Source: Oscillospiraceae bacterium
GTDB lineage: Bacteria > Bacillota > Clostridia > Oscillospirales > Ruminococcaceae
Direction of reading: 5' to 3'
Length of the DNA: 64,000 nt
Assembly (NCBI GenBank): GCA_016296485.1
Contig: JAEDJF010000001.1
Span: 1,438-65,437 of the forward strand
The notes beneath the pieces were generated by a model. That model did not search any database. It was not told the origin of the DNA and was given only the letters and a program-made list of their open reading frames with translations. This document shows positions 43,743-53,078 of the stretch, in pieces (position 1 is the stretch's first letter; each line of letters starts with the position of its first letter). Position numbers and translations under genes: made by a program.

Positions 43743-44620
43743 AAAGCAGAGATTTTATTAAGCTCGAAAGAGGAAAGTCGAAAGCGTTCGTAATTATAAA
43801 TCCAAAGAAATCCTCAGTTTTGCCCTGCGCCGAAAAGCTGATAGGCGAGCTTCGCAAATGCGAAATTAAGCCCTTTATGGATACCTTCGCCGAAAAGCTG
43901 ATAAAGTCGGAGGGCGTAAGCTACGTTGAACGTGAAGAAGGCTTCCGCGAGTCGGATATTGTTTTTGTCGTTGGCGGCGACGGAACTATCTTAAGAGCCG
44001 CGAAAGGCGCTATCCTCTATGATAAACCCATTCTCGGAATAAACGCCGGAAGGCTTGGTTTTCTTTCCGACCTTGAGGAAAGCGATCTTGAAAACGTTGA
44101 AAAACTCGTAAACGAGGGCTGTCCAGTAGAAAAGCGAATGGTGCTCGATATCGAGAAAGGGAACGAGTCTATTTTGGCGATAAACGACGTTTATCTCACA
44201 AAGACTCAGCCAGGGCGCACAACGGAACTCTTCGTTGAATGTAACGGAAGGGAAGTTTGCCGCTACCGCGCCGACGGAATCGTTATGGCGACTCCGGACG
44301 GCTCCACGGCGTATTCTATGTCCGCAGGCGGACCTGTCCTTGACACTACGCTCAACGCAATTATTATGACTCCCGTCTGTCCCCATTCTCTTATAAGCCG
44401 TTCTATAGTGTTTTCTCCCGATAAGACCATAAGCGTCGGTTCAGAATTCAGCGGCGGAGAGCGAAAACTCGACGTAGTCGTTGACGGTGAAATCGTCTTT
44501 TGCATCAAGAAAAACGAAAAAATAACCGTAAGGGCGTCGGAAAAATGCGCGCGCTTCGTCAATATCTCCGGGCGCGGATTTTACGAAGTCCTTAACCAGA
44601 AAATAATAGGAAGAAGATAA
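43739..44620 (+). CDS. nadK: NAD kinase
   Basis: GGDGT motif (VVGGDGTILRAA), NDVY and GSTAYSMSAGGP motifs. TTG start overlaps the tlyA stop. Confidence 0.9.
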   Translation: MKSRDFIKLERGKSKAFVIINPKKSSVLPCAEKLIGELRKCEIKPFMDTFAEKLIKSEGVSYVEREEGFRESDIVFVVGGDGTILRAAKGAILYDKPILGINAGRLGFLSDLEESDLENVEKLVNEGCPVEKRMVLDIEKGNESILAINDVYLTKTQPGRTTELFVECNGREVCRYRADGIVMATPDGSTAYSMSAGGPVLDTTLNAIIMTPVCPHSLISRSIVFSPDKTISVGSEFSGGERKLDVVVDGEIVFCIKKNEKITVRASEKCARFVNISGRGFYEVLNQKIIGRR

Positions 44621-44632
44621 GGAGGCAGCAAA

Positions 44633-45082
44633 ATGAAAACCAAGCGCCACTCCAAAATTTTGGAGCTTATTTCCGAAAAAGATATTGCCACACAGGAGGA
44701 TCTCCTTGCCTATCTTCGGGAGAGCGGCTTTGACGTGACCCAGGCCACCGTTTCCCGCGACATAAAAGAGCTTCGCCTTGTAAAAACAATGATAGGCGAC
44801 GGAAAATACCGCTATTCCTCCGCTTCTTCCGACAGCAGTGCAGACATTGGAACGAAGTACGCCGTTTTCAGCCAGTCCGCCAAGAGCGTTGACTATGCCG
44901 GAAACATCATAGTTATAAAGTGTTTCACCGGAATGGCGAACGCCGCCTGCGCCGTGCTCGACGCAATGAATCACGACGGCGTCGTCGGAACTCTTGCCGG
45001 AGACGACACAATTTTTGTGCTGATGCGCGACGAAAAGCTCGCGGTAGCGCTCGTCGAAACCATAAGAAAACTTATAGGATAA
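44633..45082 (+). CDS. argR: arginine repressor
   Basis: Winged-helix N-terminus (RHSKILELISEKDIATQEDLLAYLRESGFDVTQATVSRDIKEL) and a C-terminal GTLAGDDTIFV arginine-binding motif. Confidence 0.9.
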   Translation: MKTKRHSKILELISEKDIATQEDLLAYLRESGFDVTQATVSRDIKELRLVKTMIGDGKYRYSSASSDSSADIGTKYAVFSQSAKSVDYAGNIIVIKCFTGMANAACAVLDAMNHDGVVGTLAGDDTIFVLMRDEKLAVALVETIRKLIG

Positions 45083-45115
45083 TTTGATTTTTTTGAAAAG
45101 GAGGGTGCTTTTTAG

Positions 45116-46783
45116 TTGCTTTCCCAACTTTTTATTAAAAACGTCGCCGTAATTGAAAGCGCGTCGATAGATTTTGAGAACGGTTTTAACGTGTTCACCG
45201 GTGAAACCGGCGCCGGTAAATCCATTCTTATCGACTCCATAAACGCCGTACTCGGCGGCAGGACAAGTCGTGACCTTGTTAGAACAGGTGAAAACAAAGC
45301 GGTAGTAACCGCCGTTTTTACCGACATTTCGGAAAAGGCGCAGCGCCTTCTTGCTGAACTGGGTTATGAACTTGAGGACGGAGAGGAGCTCCTCGTTTCG
45401 AGGGAGATTTCCGCCGAAGGAAAAAGCGTCTGTAAAGTCAATATGCGCCCCGCAACCGCAAGCGTGCTCAAACAGCTTTCCTCCGTGCTCATCGATGTTC
45501 ACGGACAGCACGACAGCGCCGTTTTGCAAAATCCAGAGCTTCATATAGGCTACATAGATTCCTTCGGTAACACCGAAAACGAGCTTTCCGCCTATAAAGA
45601 AGCCTATAAAAATTACCGGGAAACCGAGCGAGCCATTAAAAAAATAAGCATGGACGATTCCGATAAAGCCGCTCGGATTGATATGCTTAAATATCAGATA
45701 GCGGAAATCGAAAACGCCGCAATTGAGGAAGGGGAGGAGGAAAGCCTTCTTGCCCTCAGCAAGCGCATAAAAAGCTCCGAAAATATTATGGAATTAATTT
45801 CCGAAACCGTATCCGCCCTTGACGGTACCGACGATATGGAGGGCGCGCTCGAGGGGCTCTCCATCGCCGTTAAAAACGCGGGGCTTCTCTCCGAGTATTT
45901 TCCCGGCTTTGATGGGCTTTCGGAAAAGTTTCAGGAAATGTACTACGAGTTTGAGGAGTTCGCAAACGACGTTAAAAACGCCGCGGACGAGCTGGACTTC
46001 GACCCGGAGCTTCAAAACCGCACCGAAAAGCGCCTTGACCAGATTTTCCGCCTGAAGCGGAAATACGGCGGGAGCGTCGAAAGCCTTATGGAGTATTACC
46101 AGAAGGCCGTGACGGAGCTTGAAAGTATTGAGTTTTCAGAGGAAACGCTCGACGAACTCAATAAAAAGCTTTCCGTACTTCAAAGCGATATGGAAAAGAA
46201 AGCCGAGCGACTCACAGAAAAGCGCCTTGCCGCGGCTAAAGCTTTTGAAGCTGCGGTTGCCGACGAGCTTTCGTATCTCAATATGCCGAGCGTTCGTTTC
46301 AGCGTCAATTTTGAGCGTACCGATTTTTCCGACTCCGGCTGTGACAACCTCGAATTTTATATTGCGACGAACGCCGGGGAACCGCTTAAGCCACTTGCTA
46401 AAATTGCCTCCGGCGGCGAGCTTTCAAGAATTATGCTCAGCATTAAAAACGTCCTTGCGGATAAAGATAATGTCGATACCTTGATTTTCGATGAGGTCGA
46501 CACAGGAATTTCCGGCTCCTCCGCCCAAAAAGTCGGCAAAAAGCTGAAACAGGTTTCTCGCGGTCGCCAAATAATCTGTGTCACCCACCTTGCGCAGGTT
46601 GCGGCTTACGCCGATGCCCATTTGCTCATATCCAAAAGTACTGAAAACGGCCGCGCTTTTACCTCCGTCGAAAGCCTTGACGATGAGGGAAGAGTGAACG
46701 AGCTCGCAAGAATAATGGGCGGAGATATTACCGACGCCCTAAAAAAGAGCGCAAAAGAGCTTTTGGATTCATCAAGAGGTTGA
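45116..46783 (+). CDS. recN: DNA repair protein RecN
   Basis: Walker A GETGAGKS, a long coiled coil, the SMC signature ASGGELSRIML and Walker B LIFDEVD. TTG start 10 nt after AAGGAGGG. Confidence 0.95.
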   Translation: MLSQLFIKNVAVIESASIDFENGFNVFTGETGAGKSILIDSINAVLGGRTSRDLVRTGENKAVVTAVFTDISEKAQRLLAELGYELEDGEELLVSREISAEGKSVCKVNMRPATASVLKQLSSVLIDVHGQHDSAVLQNPELHIGYIDSFGNTENELSAYKEAYKNYRETERAIKKISMDDSDKAARIDMLKYQIAEIENAAIEEGEEESLLALSKRIKSSENIMELISETVSALDGTDDMEGALEGLSIAVKNAGLLSEYFPGFDGLSEKFQEMYYEFEEFANDVKNAADELDFDPELQNRTEKRLDQIFRLKRKYGGSVESLMEYYQKAVTELESIEFSEETLDELNKKLSVLQSDMEKKAERLTEKRLAAAKAFEAAVADELSYLNMPSVRFSVNFERTDFSDSGCDNLEFYIATNAGEPLKPLAKIASGGELSRIMLSIKNVLADKDNVDTLIFDEVDTGISGSSAQKVGKKLKQVSRGRQIICVTHLAQVAAYADAHLLISKSTENGRAFTSVESLDDEGRVNELARIMGGDITDALKKSAKELLDSSRG

Positions 46784-46808
46784 CAAACCGAGATTTATAA
46801 GGTATAAT
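46779..46808 (+). promoter_or_regulatory. sigma-A promoter of the tyrS T-box leader
   Basis: TTGACA (overlapping the recN stop), an 18-nt spacer, then TATAAT. Confidence 0.7.
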
Positions 46809-46814
46809 CCAAAC

Positions 46815-47087
46815 ATATTTGCAAAATGCGACGAAGGAAAGAAGTAGCCCCGCTTTAAGCGGCAAAGAGAGCTTCCGGCTGGTGTAAGGAAGCGGGCAAA
46901 GCGGCGGCGAATACATTCCGGAGCAGCAACTCCGAAACAGCAGTAGGTTTTGTCCGGTGCGCCGGTTACAGCGCTTGAGCACCCTTCGTGCTCGCTGAGG
47001 CTGCTTTTTTGGCAGCGAACCAGAGGTGGTACCGCGCTTATTCGCCCTCTGTCGGGATTTCCCGACGGAGGGCTTTTTTTATTTTGC
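46815..47087 (+). promoter_or_regulatory. T-box leader (tyrosine specifier) with terminator
   Basis: Stem I elements AGTAGCC and AGAGAG, GGTG distal loop, specifier GAA-TAC-A (UAC = Tyr), T-box AGAGGTGGTACCGCG at 47022-47036, and terminator GCCCTCTGTCGGG/CCCGACGGAGGGC plus a T-run at 47044-47080. Confidence 0.9.
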
Positions 47088-47120
47088 AAAAGAAAGTTTA
47101 AATAAACGGAGGAACTTAAA

Positions 47121-48341
47121 ATGACAATTTATGAAGATCTTGAGCGTCGCGGACTTATTGCCCAGATGACTCACCCGGAGGAAATCAAACGCAAGCTTGA
47201 AAATGAAAAGGTGGTATTTTATATTGGTTTCGACGCCACCGCCGACAGCCTTCACGTCGGGCATTTCCTTCAGCTTATGGTAATCAACCGTATGATTAAA
47301 GTGGGACATACCCCGATACTCCTTCTCGGAACCGGAACCACTATGGTCGGCGACCCCACCGGAAAGACCGATATGAGAAAAATGCTCACCGTTGAGGAAA
47401 TCAACTATAACGCCGACCGTTTCCTTGAACAGATGAATCAGATAGTGGACGTCAGCAAATGTATCGTGGCAAGAAACGGCGACTGGCTCCTTAAACTCGG
47501 ATATATTGAGCTTCTCCGCGACGTCGGTCCGCATTTTTCCGTAAACAAAATGCTTACCGCCGAATGTGTAAAGAGCCGTTTTGAGCGCGGACTCACTTTC
47601 CTTGAGTTCAACTACATGATAATGCAAAGCTACGACTTCCTTAAGCTCTTCCGCGACTACAACTGCACTATGGAGCTCGGCGGCGACGACCAGTGGTCCA
47701 ACATCATCGGCGGTATCGAGCTTGTACGCCGCCTTGAGCAGAAGGAAGTACAGGGTATGACCTTCCAGCTTCTCACCACCAAAGAGGGTAAGAAGATGGG
47801 CAAAACCGAGGGCGGCGCCGTTTGGCTCAACCCGAACAAGACCTCTCCCTACGACTTCTTCCAGTACTGGAGAAACGTCGGCGACGATGACGTTATCAAA
47901 TGCCTTAAATTCCTCACCTTTATTCCCGTTGAGGAAATCGAGGAAATGGAGCGTAATTTCGAGGGAAGCAATATAAACTCCTACAAAGAGCGCCTTGCTT
48001 ACGAAGTAACCAAAATAGTTCACGGCGAAGCCGAAGCCGACAAAGCCCTTGAAGCCGCAAGAGCAATCTTTGCCGGCGGCGTTTCGAGCGAGCATATGCC
48101 CACCGTTTCCTTTGCCGAGTCCGACTTTGTTGACGGAAAGCTCGCTGTTACTGACGCGCTTATCAAAGCCGAAATCGCAAAATCCAAAGGCGAGGGTAAA
48201 CGCCTTATTGAGCAGGGCGGAATTGCAGTCAACGACGAAAAGATTACCGACGTTTTCGCAAGCATTGACAGAAGCGCCTTTGACGGGGAAGTAATTCTCA
48301 AAAAAGGCAAAAAGATTTTCAAGAAACTGATTATCGAGTAA
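47121..48341 (+). CDS. tyrS: tyrosine--tRNA ligase
   Basis: HIGH-type motif SLHVGH, KMSKS-type KKMGKT and a C-terminal S4 domain. Confidence 0.97.
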   Translation: MTIYEDLERRGLIAQMTHPEEIKRKLENEKVVFYIGFDATADSLHVGHFLQLMVINRMIKVGHTPILLLGTGTTMVGDPTGKTDMRKMLTVEEINYNADRFLEQMNQIVDVSKCIVARNGDWLLKLGYIELLRDVGPHFSVNKMLTAECVKSRFERGLTFLEFNYMIMQSYDFLKLFRDYNCTMELGGDDQWSNIIGGIELVRRLEQKEVQGMTFQLLTTKEGKKMGKTEGGAVWLNPNKTSPYDFFQYWRNVGDDDVIKCLKFLTFIPVEEIEEMERNFEGSNINSYKERLAYEVTKIVHGEAEADKALEAARAIFAGGVSSEHMPTVSFAESDFVDGKLAVTDALIKAEIAKSKGEGKRLIEQGGIAVNDEKITDVFASIDRSAFDGEVILKKGKKIFKKLIIE

Positions 48342-48356
48342 TATTTCATCTTTCAT

Positions 48357-48390
48357 AAAACAGCGTGCTCAAATGAGCACGCTGTTTTAT
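48357..48390 (+). terminator. intrinsic terminator after tyrS
   Basis: 13-bp stem AAACAGCGTGCTC/GAGCACGCTGTTT with loop AAAT. Confidence 0.8.
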
Positions 48391-48489
48391 CGGTCCGTTT
48401 TTGCTATTAACGCTTCCCAAATCTATTCATATAGAAAATCCATGGAATTTGTGATATAATTGTTTTAATATTTATGTGGAAGTGAGATT

Positions 48490-49587
48490 ATGAACGAAAA
48501 AATCAAAAGCGCCTGCGCCGCTGTGCGCCCTGCTGACAAAGAAATTATAACGAAAGCAAAAGAGCGCCAGGCTCAGCTTGCAAAGCCTCCCGGAAGCCTT
48601 GGACTGCTCGAGGACATATCTGTAAGAGTTGCCGGTATGACCGGAAAAATACATAATAAAGCCGACAAATGCCGCATTGTTGTTCTCTGCGCGGACAACG
48701 GCGTTTGTGACGAGGGTGTTTCCTGCACCCCCCAATCCGTCACCCTTTCCCAGACCATAAACCTCACCCGAGGTCTTACCGGGGCTTCGTCCCTCGCTAA
48801 ACATTTCGGCGACGAAGTGATGGTTGTTGATGTGGGCGTAATGACCGATTTCAACTGCCCCGCAGTAATAAACAGAAAAATCGCTTACGGCACTAAAAAC
48901 CTCTATCTCGAACCTGCTATGACGAGAGAACAGGCGGAACAGGCGGTTTGCGTCGGTCTTGAAATGGCTGAAAAATGCGCCGAGGACGGCGTAGAAGCCA
49001 TCGGCGTAGGGGAAATGGGCATCGGCAACACCACCACTTCCTCCGCTATTCTCTCGGTTTTCACCGGAGAACCCGCCTCTGTCACCGCCGGCAAAGGCGG
49101 CGGACTTCTTGAGAACGCCTATCAGCATAAATTAGAGGTAATTGACGGCGCTATCGCAAAGCATAAGCCCGACCCCAACGACCCCATTGACGTACTCGCA
49201 AAAGTCGGAGGACTCGATATTGCCGCCATGGCGGGCGTTTTCCTCGGCGCAGCGGCGCACCGCATTCCCGTTGTAATTGACGGATTTATCTCTGTTGTTG
49301 CGGCGCTCACCGCCGCAAGGCTTTGTCCCAACGTCAAGGACTATCTCATAGCTTCCCACGCTTCCTTTGAGCCCGGCTATCAGCTTGCAATCAAAGAACT
49401 GGGTCTTGAAGCGCCGCTTCTTATGAAAATGCGCCTTGGCGAGGGAAGCGGCTGTCCGATTATGTTCAGAGTTATGGACGCCGCCTACGCAATTATGAAC
49501 GAAATGGCAACCTTTGAGGAAGCAAGCATCAACGATAGCTACCTCGACGAAATTCGTATCGGAGACAATTTTACGGTAAAGAGATGA
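48490..49587 (+). CDS. cobT: nicotinate-nucleotide--dimethylbenzimidazole phosphoribosyltransferase
   Basis: 365 aa with CobT signature regions (KPPGSLGLLEDI, GEMGIGNTT, GEGSGC). Confidence 0.93.
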   Translation: MNEKIKSACAAVRPADKEIITKAKERQAQLAKPPGSLGLLEDISVRVAGMTGKIHNKADKCRIVVLCADNGVCDEGVSCTPQSVTLSQTINLTRGLTGASSLAKHFGDEVMVVDVGVMTDFNCPAVINRKIAYGTKNLYLEPAMTREQAEQAVCVGLEMAEKCAEDGVEAIGVGEMGIGNTTTSSAILSVFTGEPASVTAGKGGGLLENAYQHKLEVIDGAIAKHKPDPNDPIDVLAKVGGLDIAAMAGVFLGAAAHRIPVVIDGFISVVAALTAARLCPNVKDYLIASHASFEPGYQLAIKELGLEAPLLMKMRLGEGSGCPIMFRVMDAAYAIMNEMATFEEASINDSYLDEIRIGDNFTVKR

Positions 49588-50126
49588 AAATTTTAATTTC
49601 AGGCGGAGCCAAAAACGGAAAATCAATGTTTGCCCAGGAATGCGCCAAAAAGCTTTCCGAGCCGGGGCACCTTTGGTATCTCGCAACAATGGAACCGCAC
49701 GACGACGAGGACTACGCGAGAATTGCCCGCCACAGGAACGAAAGAGCCGGTTGGGGCTTCGGAACTGCCGAGTGGGGACGGGATATTGAGGCGCATATTG
49801 ACGAAGCTGACCGTAAAGGTACTTACCTTGTCGACAGCGTAACTGCGCTCCTGACAAATGAAATGTTCGGCGGAATGAGCGGCGAAATAAACTTCGCCGC
49901 TCCGGATAAAACGGCAAGCGGGCTCATAGCTTTTTCCGAAACAGCCGAAAACGTCGTTTTCGTTTCCGACAATATTTACTGCGACGCCGCGTTCTATGAC
50001 GAATGGACAGAGGCGTTCCGAAGCGGACTCGCAGCCGTTGACCGCCGCCTTGCAGAAGTCTGCGACGTTGTGGCGGAGTTTTGCTGCGGACAAATAATTT
50101 ATTATAAAGGAGCCGGACTCCTATGA
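49584..50126 (+). CDS. cobU: adenosylcobinamide kinase / adenosylcobinamide-phosphate guanylyltransferase
   Basis: P-loop GGAKNGKS, 180 aa. ATGA overlap with cobT. Confidence 0.88.
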   Translation: MKILISGGAKNGKSMFAQECAKKLSEPGHLWYLATMEPHDDEDYARIARHRNERAGWGFGTAEWGRDIEAHIDEADRKGTYLVDSVTALLTNEMFGGMSGEINFAAPDKTASGLIAFSETAENVVFVSDNIYCDAAFYDEWTEAFRSGLAAVDRRLAEVCDVVAEFCCGQIIYYKGAGLL

Positions 50127-50878
50127 AAAAACTTCTCAAAGCTTTCTGTATGAGCTTCAGTATGTTCTGCGCCATTCCTACGCCCTTTGCCCACGTTTGG
50201 GAAGACTCCGTGCGCTCTTTGATGATAGTGATGTTTCCGTTTGTCGGGACCGTTATAGGAGCGATTTGGGCGCTCGCGGGCTTTCTGCTCAATAAAATAA
50301 ACTGCCCGGCGATTTTTGCCGCGGCAGTTCTCGCTATGCTTCCGTATATCCTTACCGGTGGAATTCACCTCGACGGATTTATGGACTGCTGCGACGCGAT
50401 TTTTTCCCGAAGACCTCTTGAAAAGAGACGTGAAATACTTAAGGATTCCCACGTCGGGTCCTTTGCGGTAATACATCTTGCGATGCTCTTTCTCATCGGT
50501 TTTGCCGCTTTTGCCTCCGGCGACGGAAGCGAAAATCTTTGGCTTCTAATTGTAATCTGCACCGTTTCAAGAGCGGCAAGCGCCATCGGCGTTTCAACGC
50601 TTCGACCGATGGGACACAGCGAATACGCCGGGAGCTTTCAGCAGGGGATAAGCAAGGGCAACATCATCGCTCTTGCCGCTATCTTATTGGCGGCAACCGC
50701 CGCAGGATTTCTTGCCGGCGGTTTTATCGGTCTTGCGGCGGCTTTGACAACCGCTTTGGGCTACGCCTTGTTTACCGCTTACGCGTTTAAAAACCTCGAC
50801 GGTTTTTCCGGCGACGTCACCGGCTTCGGTCACACCCTTGCGGAGCTTTGCGGAATAATCGTACTGATGCTGTTTTAA
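50123..50878 (+). CDS. cobS: adenosylcobinamide-GDP ribazoletransferase (cobalamin synthase)
   Basis: 251 aa polytopic membrane protein with the HLDGFMDCCDA motif. Confidence 0.9.
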   Translation: MKKLLKAFCMSFSMFCAIPTPFAHVWEDSVRSLMIVMFPFVGTVIGAIWALAGFLLNKINCPAIFAAAVLAMLPYILTGGIHLDGFMDCCDAIFSRRPLEKRREILKDSHVGSFAVIHLAMLFLIGFAAFASGDGSENLWLLIVICTVSRAASAIGVSTLRPMGHSEYAGSFQQGISKGNIIALAAILLAATAAGFLAGGFIGLAAALTTALGYALFTAYAFKNLDGFSGDVTGFGHTLAELCGIIVLMLF

Positions 50879-50889
50879 GGAGAAATGAT

Positions 50890-51267
50890 ATGGAACTTAT
50901 AATTGGCGGAGCGTATCAAGGCAAAACGGAATACGCAAAAGCGGCTTTCGGTCTTAATGACGGCGATATATTCGTCTGTGATAAGGACGGAAACGTAGAT
51001 TTCGGCAAGAGGTGCATCTCTCATATAGAGCGCTTCAGTTTCTGGTGCGTTGAGCACGGAATCGAACCGGCGGATTACTTTTTTGAGCACGCTGAAAATG
51101 CCGAAAATCTCATAGTCATTTCCGACGATATTTCCTGCGGCGTTGTTCCGATAGACAAGACCGAAAGAGCCTGGCGTGAGGCAAACGGAAGACTTCTCAT
51201 ACGTCTTTCCAAAGAAAGCCAGCACGTAACAAGGGTGTTTTGCGGGCTCTCACAGAGGCTTAAATAA
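50890..51267 (+). CDS. short CobU-like P-loop protein (second, divergent copy)
   Basis: 125 aa starting MELIIGGAYQGKTEYA (GxxxxGKT). The C-terminal ERAWREANGRL resembles the CobU tail. SD AAGGAG lies 8 nt upstream. Confidence 0.6.
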   Translation: MELIIGGAYQGKTEYAKAAFGLNDGDIFVCDKDGNVDFGKRCISHIERFSFWCVEHGIEPADYFFEHAENAENLIVISDDISCGVVPIDKTERAWREANGRLLIRLSKESQHVTRVFCGLSQRLK

Positions 51268-51268
51268 A

Positions 51269-51856
51269 ATGAGCACCGTTTATCTTATCCGCCACGGAAT
51301 AACCGAGGGCAACGCAAGGCGGCTTTATTACGGCAGCACCGACCTCCCGCTCACGGAGGAAGGAATACGGGCAATAAAAGAAAGAAAATCCGCCGGGATA
51401 TACCCGGATAGGGAAGGCTTTGAGCTTATTACCAGCGGTCTTCTACGCACAAAACAGACTCTTTTCGAGATTTACGGAGAAGCTGAGCACGTTTCGGACA
51501 ATCGCCTTAACGAAGTTGATTTCGGCGAGTTTGAAATGAAAAGCTATGAGGAACTGAAGGATAGGGAAGACTACCAACAGTGGATCTCCGTCGACAACTG
51601 GAACAACGTTTGTCCCGGCGGAGAAAGCGGCGAAATAATGTTTCAAAGGGCGCTTTCCGCTATGAACGAGTATTCGCTTAGAAACTGCATTATTGTTTGC
51701 CACGGCGGAATAATCTCGTCTCTGATGCACCATTACTTCCCGAACGACCCGGAAAAAGAGCATTTCTATATGTGGCAGCCAAAACCCTGCGAAGGGTACC
51801 GCATAGATTTCGATAGCGAGCAAAACCCCGTTGATTACAGCAAAATAGCACTATAA
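51269..51856 (+). CDS. cobC: alpha-ribazole phosphatase (histidine phosphatase family)
   Basis: RHG catalytic motif (VYLIRHGITEGN) and VCHGG. Last gene of the cob nucleotide-loop operon. Confidence 0.85.
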   Translation: MSTVYLIRHGITEGNARRLYYGSTDLPLTEEGIRAIKERKSAGIYPDREGFELITSGLLRTKQTLFEIYGEAEHVSDNRLNEVDFGEFEMKSYEELKDREDYQQWISVDNWNNVCPGGESGEIMFQRALSAMNEYSLRNCIIVCHGGIISSLMHHYFPNDPEKEHFYMWQPKPCEGYRIDFDSEQNPVDYSKIAL

Positions 51857-51889
51857 AAGAACGGCTTCGTAAGAAGCCGTTCTTTTTTT
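51856..51889. terminator. bidirectional intrinsic terminator
   Basis: AGAACGGCTTC/GAAGCCGTTCT stem, loop GTAA, A-run before and T-run after. Sits between convergent genes. Confidence 0.8.
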
Positions 51890-52856
51890 ATATTCTTCCG
51901 AGCGCTTTCATCTGCGTGAGAACATTTTTAAGCTTTTCCTCGCGGTTTTTAGCCGTCACCTCGTGTATTACGTATTCCGGCTCTATGAGCTCAAGGATCT
52001 CCTGCGAACGGGAACTTTCAAAAGGACGGTGCTGGTCAATATCGAGAATCATGGCGTAGCTTTGAGCGAAGCGATCATAAAAATCCTCTTTGGGAATAAT
52101 GGTTTTCTTTTTAAGTTCGGAAACAACATTTCCGGACGTGGACTTGTGGAGATGGAGCGCCTTAAAGTACCCGGCAAGTTCGCCGTGATTTTTCGCCGTA
52201 TTGAGCACAAAGTCGATGCCTTGCTCTTCATCTACAATATTCTGTGCGGCGCACATAAGATGTCCTGTGTCCATAAGAAGCCCCTTGTTCTCATAGTCCG
52301 TAAGAGAGAGCATAAGCTCCGTTTCTTTAGGATTTATGAGCGTCATTCCGGGGGTAAAAAGGTTTTCAAAAAGGAGCTTAAAATGATAATTTTTTCCCTT
52401 TGTAAGTTCGTTGACGACCTCTGCCGCTCCCCGAATAACCTGTTCGTTCGTGTGCTCCCAGTCGTATGTAAAAATCTCCTCGTTGGAAACGTCGTTTACG
52501 TGGAAAACAACGTATTCGGCTCCCATTTTCTCCGCGTATTCCATATCTTCGCGGTAGGGGATAAGAAACTCCTCGCGGTTTTTTGCCCTGTAATATCCCT
52601 CCCAAACCTCGCGGTTTCCGAAATGCTTCTCCAGCATTTCGGTATCACCGTTCCAAAAATCTATCCAGTTGGGATAAAAATAGAGGTGCACGCCTACTAC
52701 GTTCTCTTTGCAGTAAATGCCCGTAGTGTCTTCGCCGCCGCGTATAACCTCGACTCCGTCGCAAAGGCAGTCGCTTACAAATTTATTCATATCCGCCCGG
52801 TCTTTATATTCTTTAAGCCACTCGTTTTCGCTTACAACATTAACTATATGTTTCAT
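51888..52856 (-). CDS. xylose isomerase-like TIM-barrel (sugar phosphate isomerase/epimerase family) protein
   Basis: 322 aa with spaced metal-ligand motifs VVFHV, LLFENL, MDTGHL and LHLH, typical of the AP-endonuclease-2/xylose-isomerase-like fold. Confidence 0.6.
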   Translation of the reverse strand: MKHIVNVVSENEWLKEYKDRADMNKFVSDCLCDGVEVIRGGEDTTGIYCKENVVGVHLYFYPNWIDFWNGDTEMLEKHFGNREVWEGYYRAKNREEFLIPYREDMEYAEKMGAEYVVFHVNDVSNEEIFTYDWEHTNEQVIRGAAEVVNELTKGKNYHFKLLFENLFTPGMTLINPKETELMLSLTDYENKGLLMDTGHLMCAAQNIVDEEQGIDFVLNTAKNHGELAGYFKALHLHKSTSGNVVSELKKKTIIPKEDFYDRFAQSYAMILDIDQHRPFESSRSQEILELIEPEYVIHEVTAKNREEKLKNVLTQMKALGRI

Positions 52857-52904
52857 TTTAAATCACCCGAATATCATTATACTATAAAACTGAAATTTTA
52901 CAAT

Positions 52905-52934
52905 AAAAAAACTCGTTCGCATTTGCGAACGAGT
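52905..52934 (-). terminator. intrinsic terminator after tRNA-Val
   Basis: The minus strand reads CTCGTTCGC, loop AAAT, GCGAACGAG, then TTTTTTT. Confidence 0.8.
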
Positions 52935-52939
52935 TTTCC

Positions 52940-53016
52940 TGGTGGGGACAATAGGACTCGAACCTATGACCCCCTGCTTGTAAGGCAGGTGCTCTAACCA
53001 GCTGAGCTATGCCCCC
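52940..53016 (-). tRNA. tRNA-Val (TAC), CCA encoded
   Basis: The reverse complement is GGGGGCATAGCTCAGCTGGTTAGAGCACCTGCCTTACAAGCAGGGGGTCATAGGTTCGAGTCCTATTGTCCCCACCA. It folds as a cloverleaf with anticodon loop CTTACAA, 77 nt. Confidence 0.93.
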
Positions 53017-53029
53017 AGGCGACTTTGTT

Positions 53030-53058
53030 ATAATACTACATTTCTACAAAAAAGTCAA
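53030..53058 (-). promoter_or_regulatory. sigma-A promoter of tRNA-Val
   Basis: Minus strand: TTGACT, a 17-nt spacer, then TATTAT, ending about 14 nt upstream of the tRNA 5' end. Confidence 0.6.
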
Positions 53059-53078
53059 GCCTTTTTTCAAAACTTATT

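Noticed and set aside
47079-48356. 425-aa minus-strand ORF covering all of tyrS, plus similar ORFs at 44441-45544, 12118-12873, 51963-52997, 59245-60024 and 61544-62386
   Set aside because: All are frame -1 shadows in register with well-supported sense genes. They are codon-usage artefacts rather than overlapping genes.
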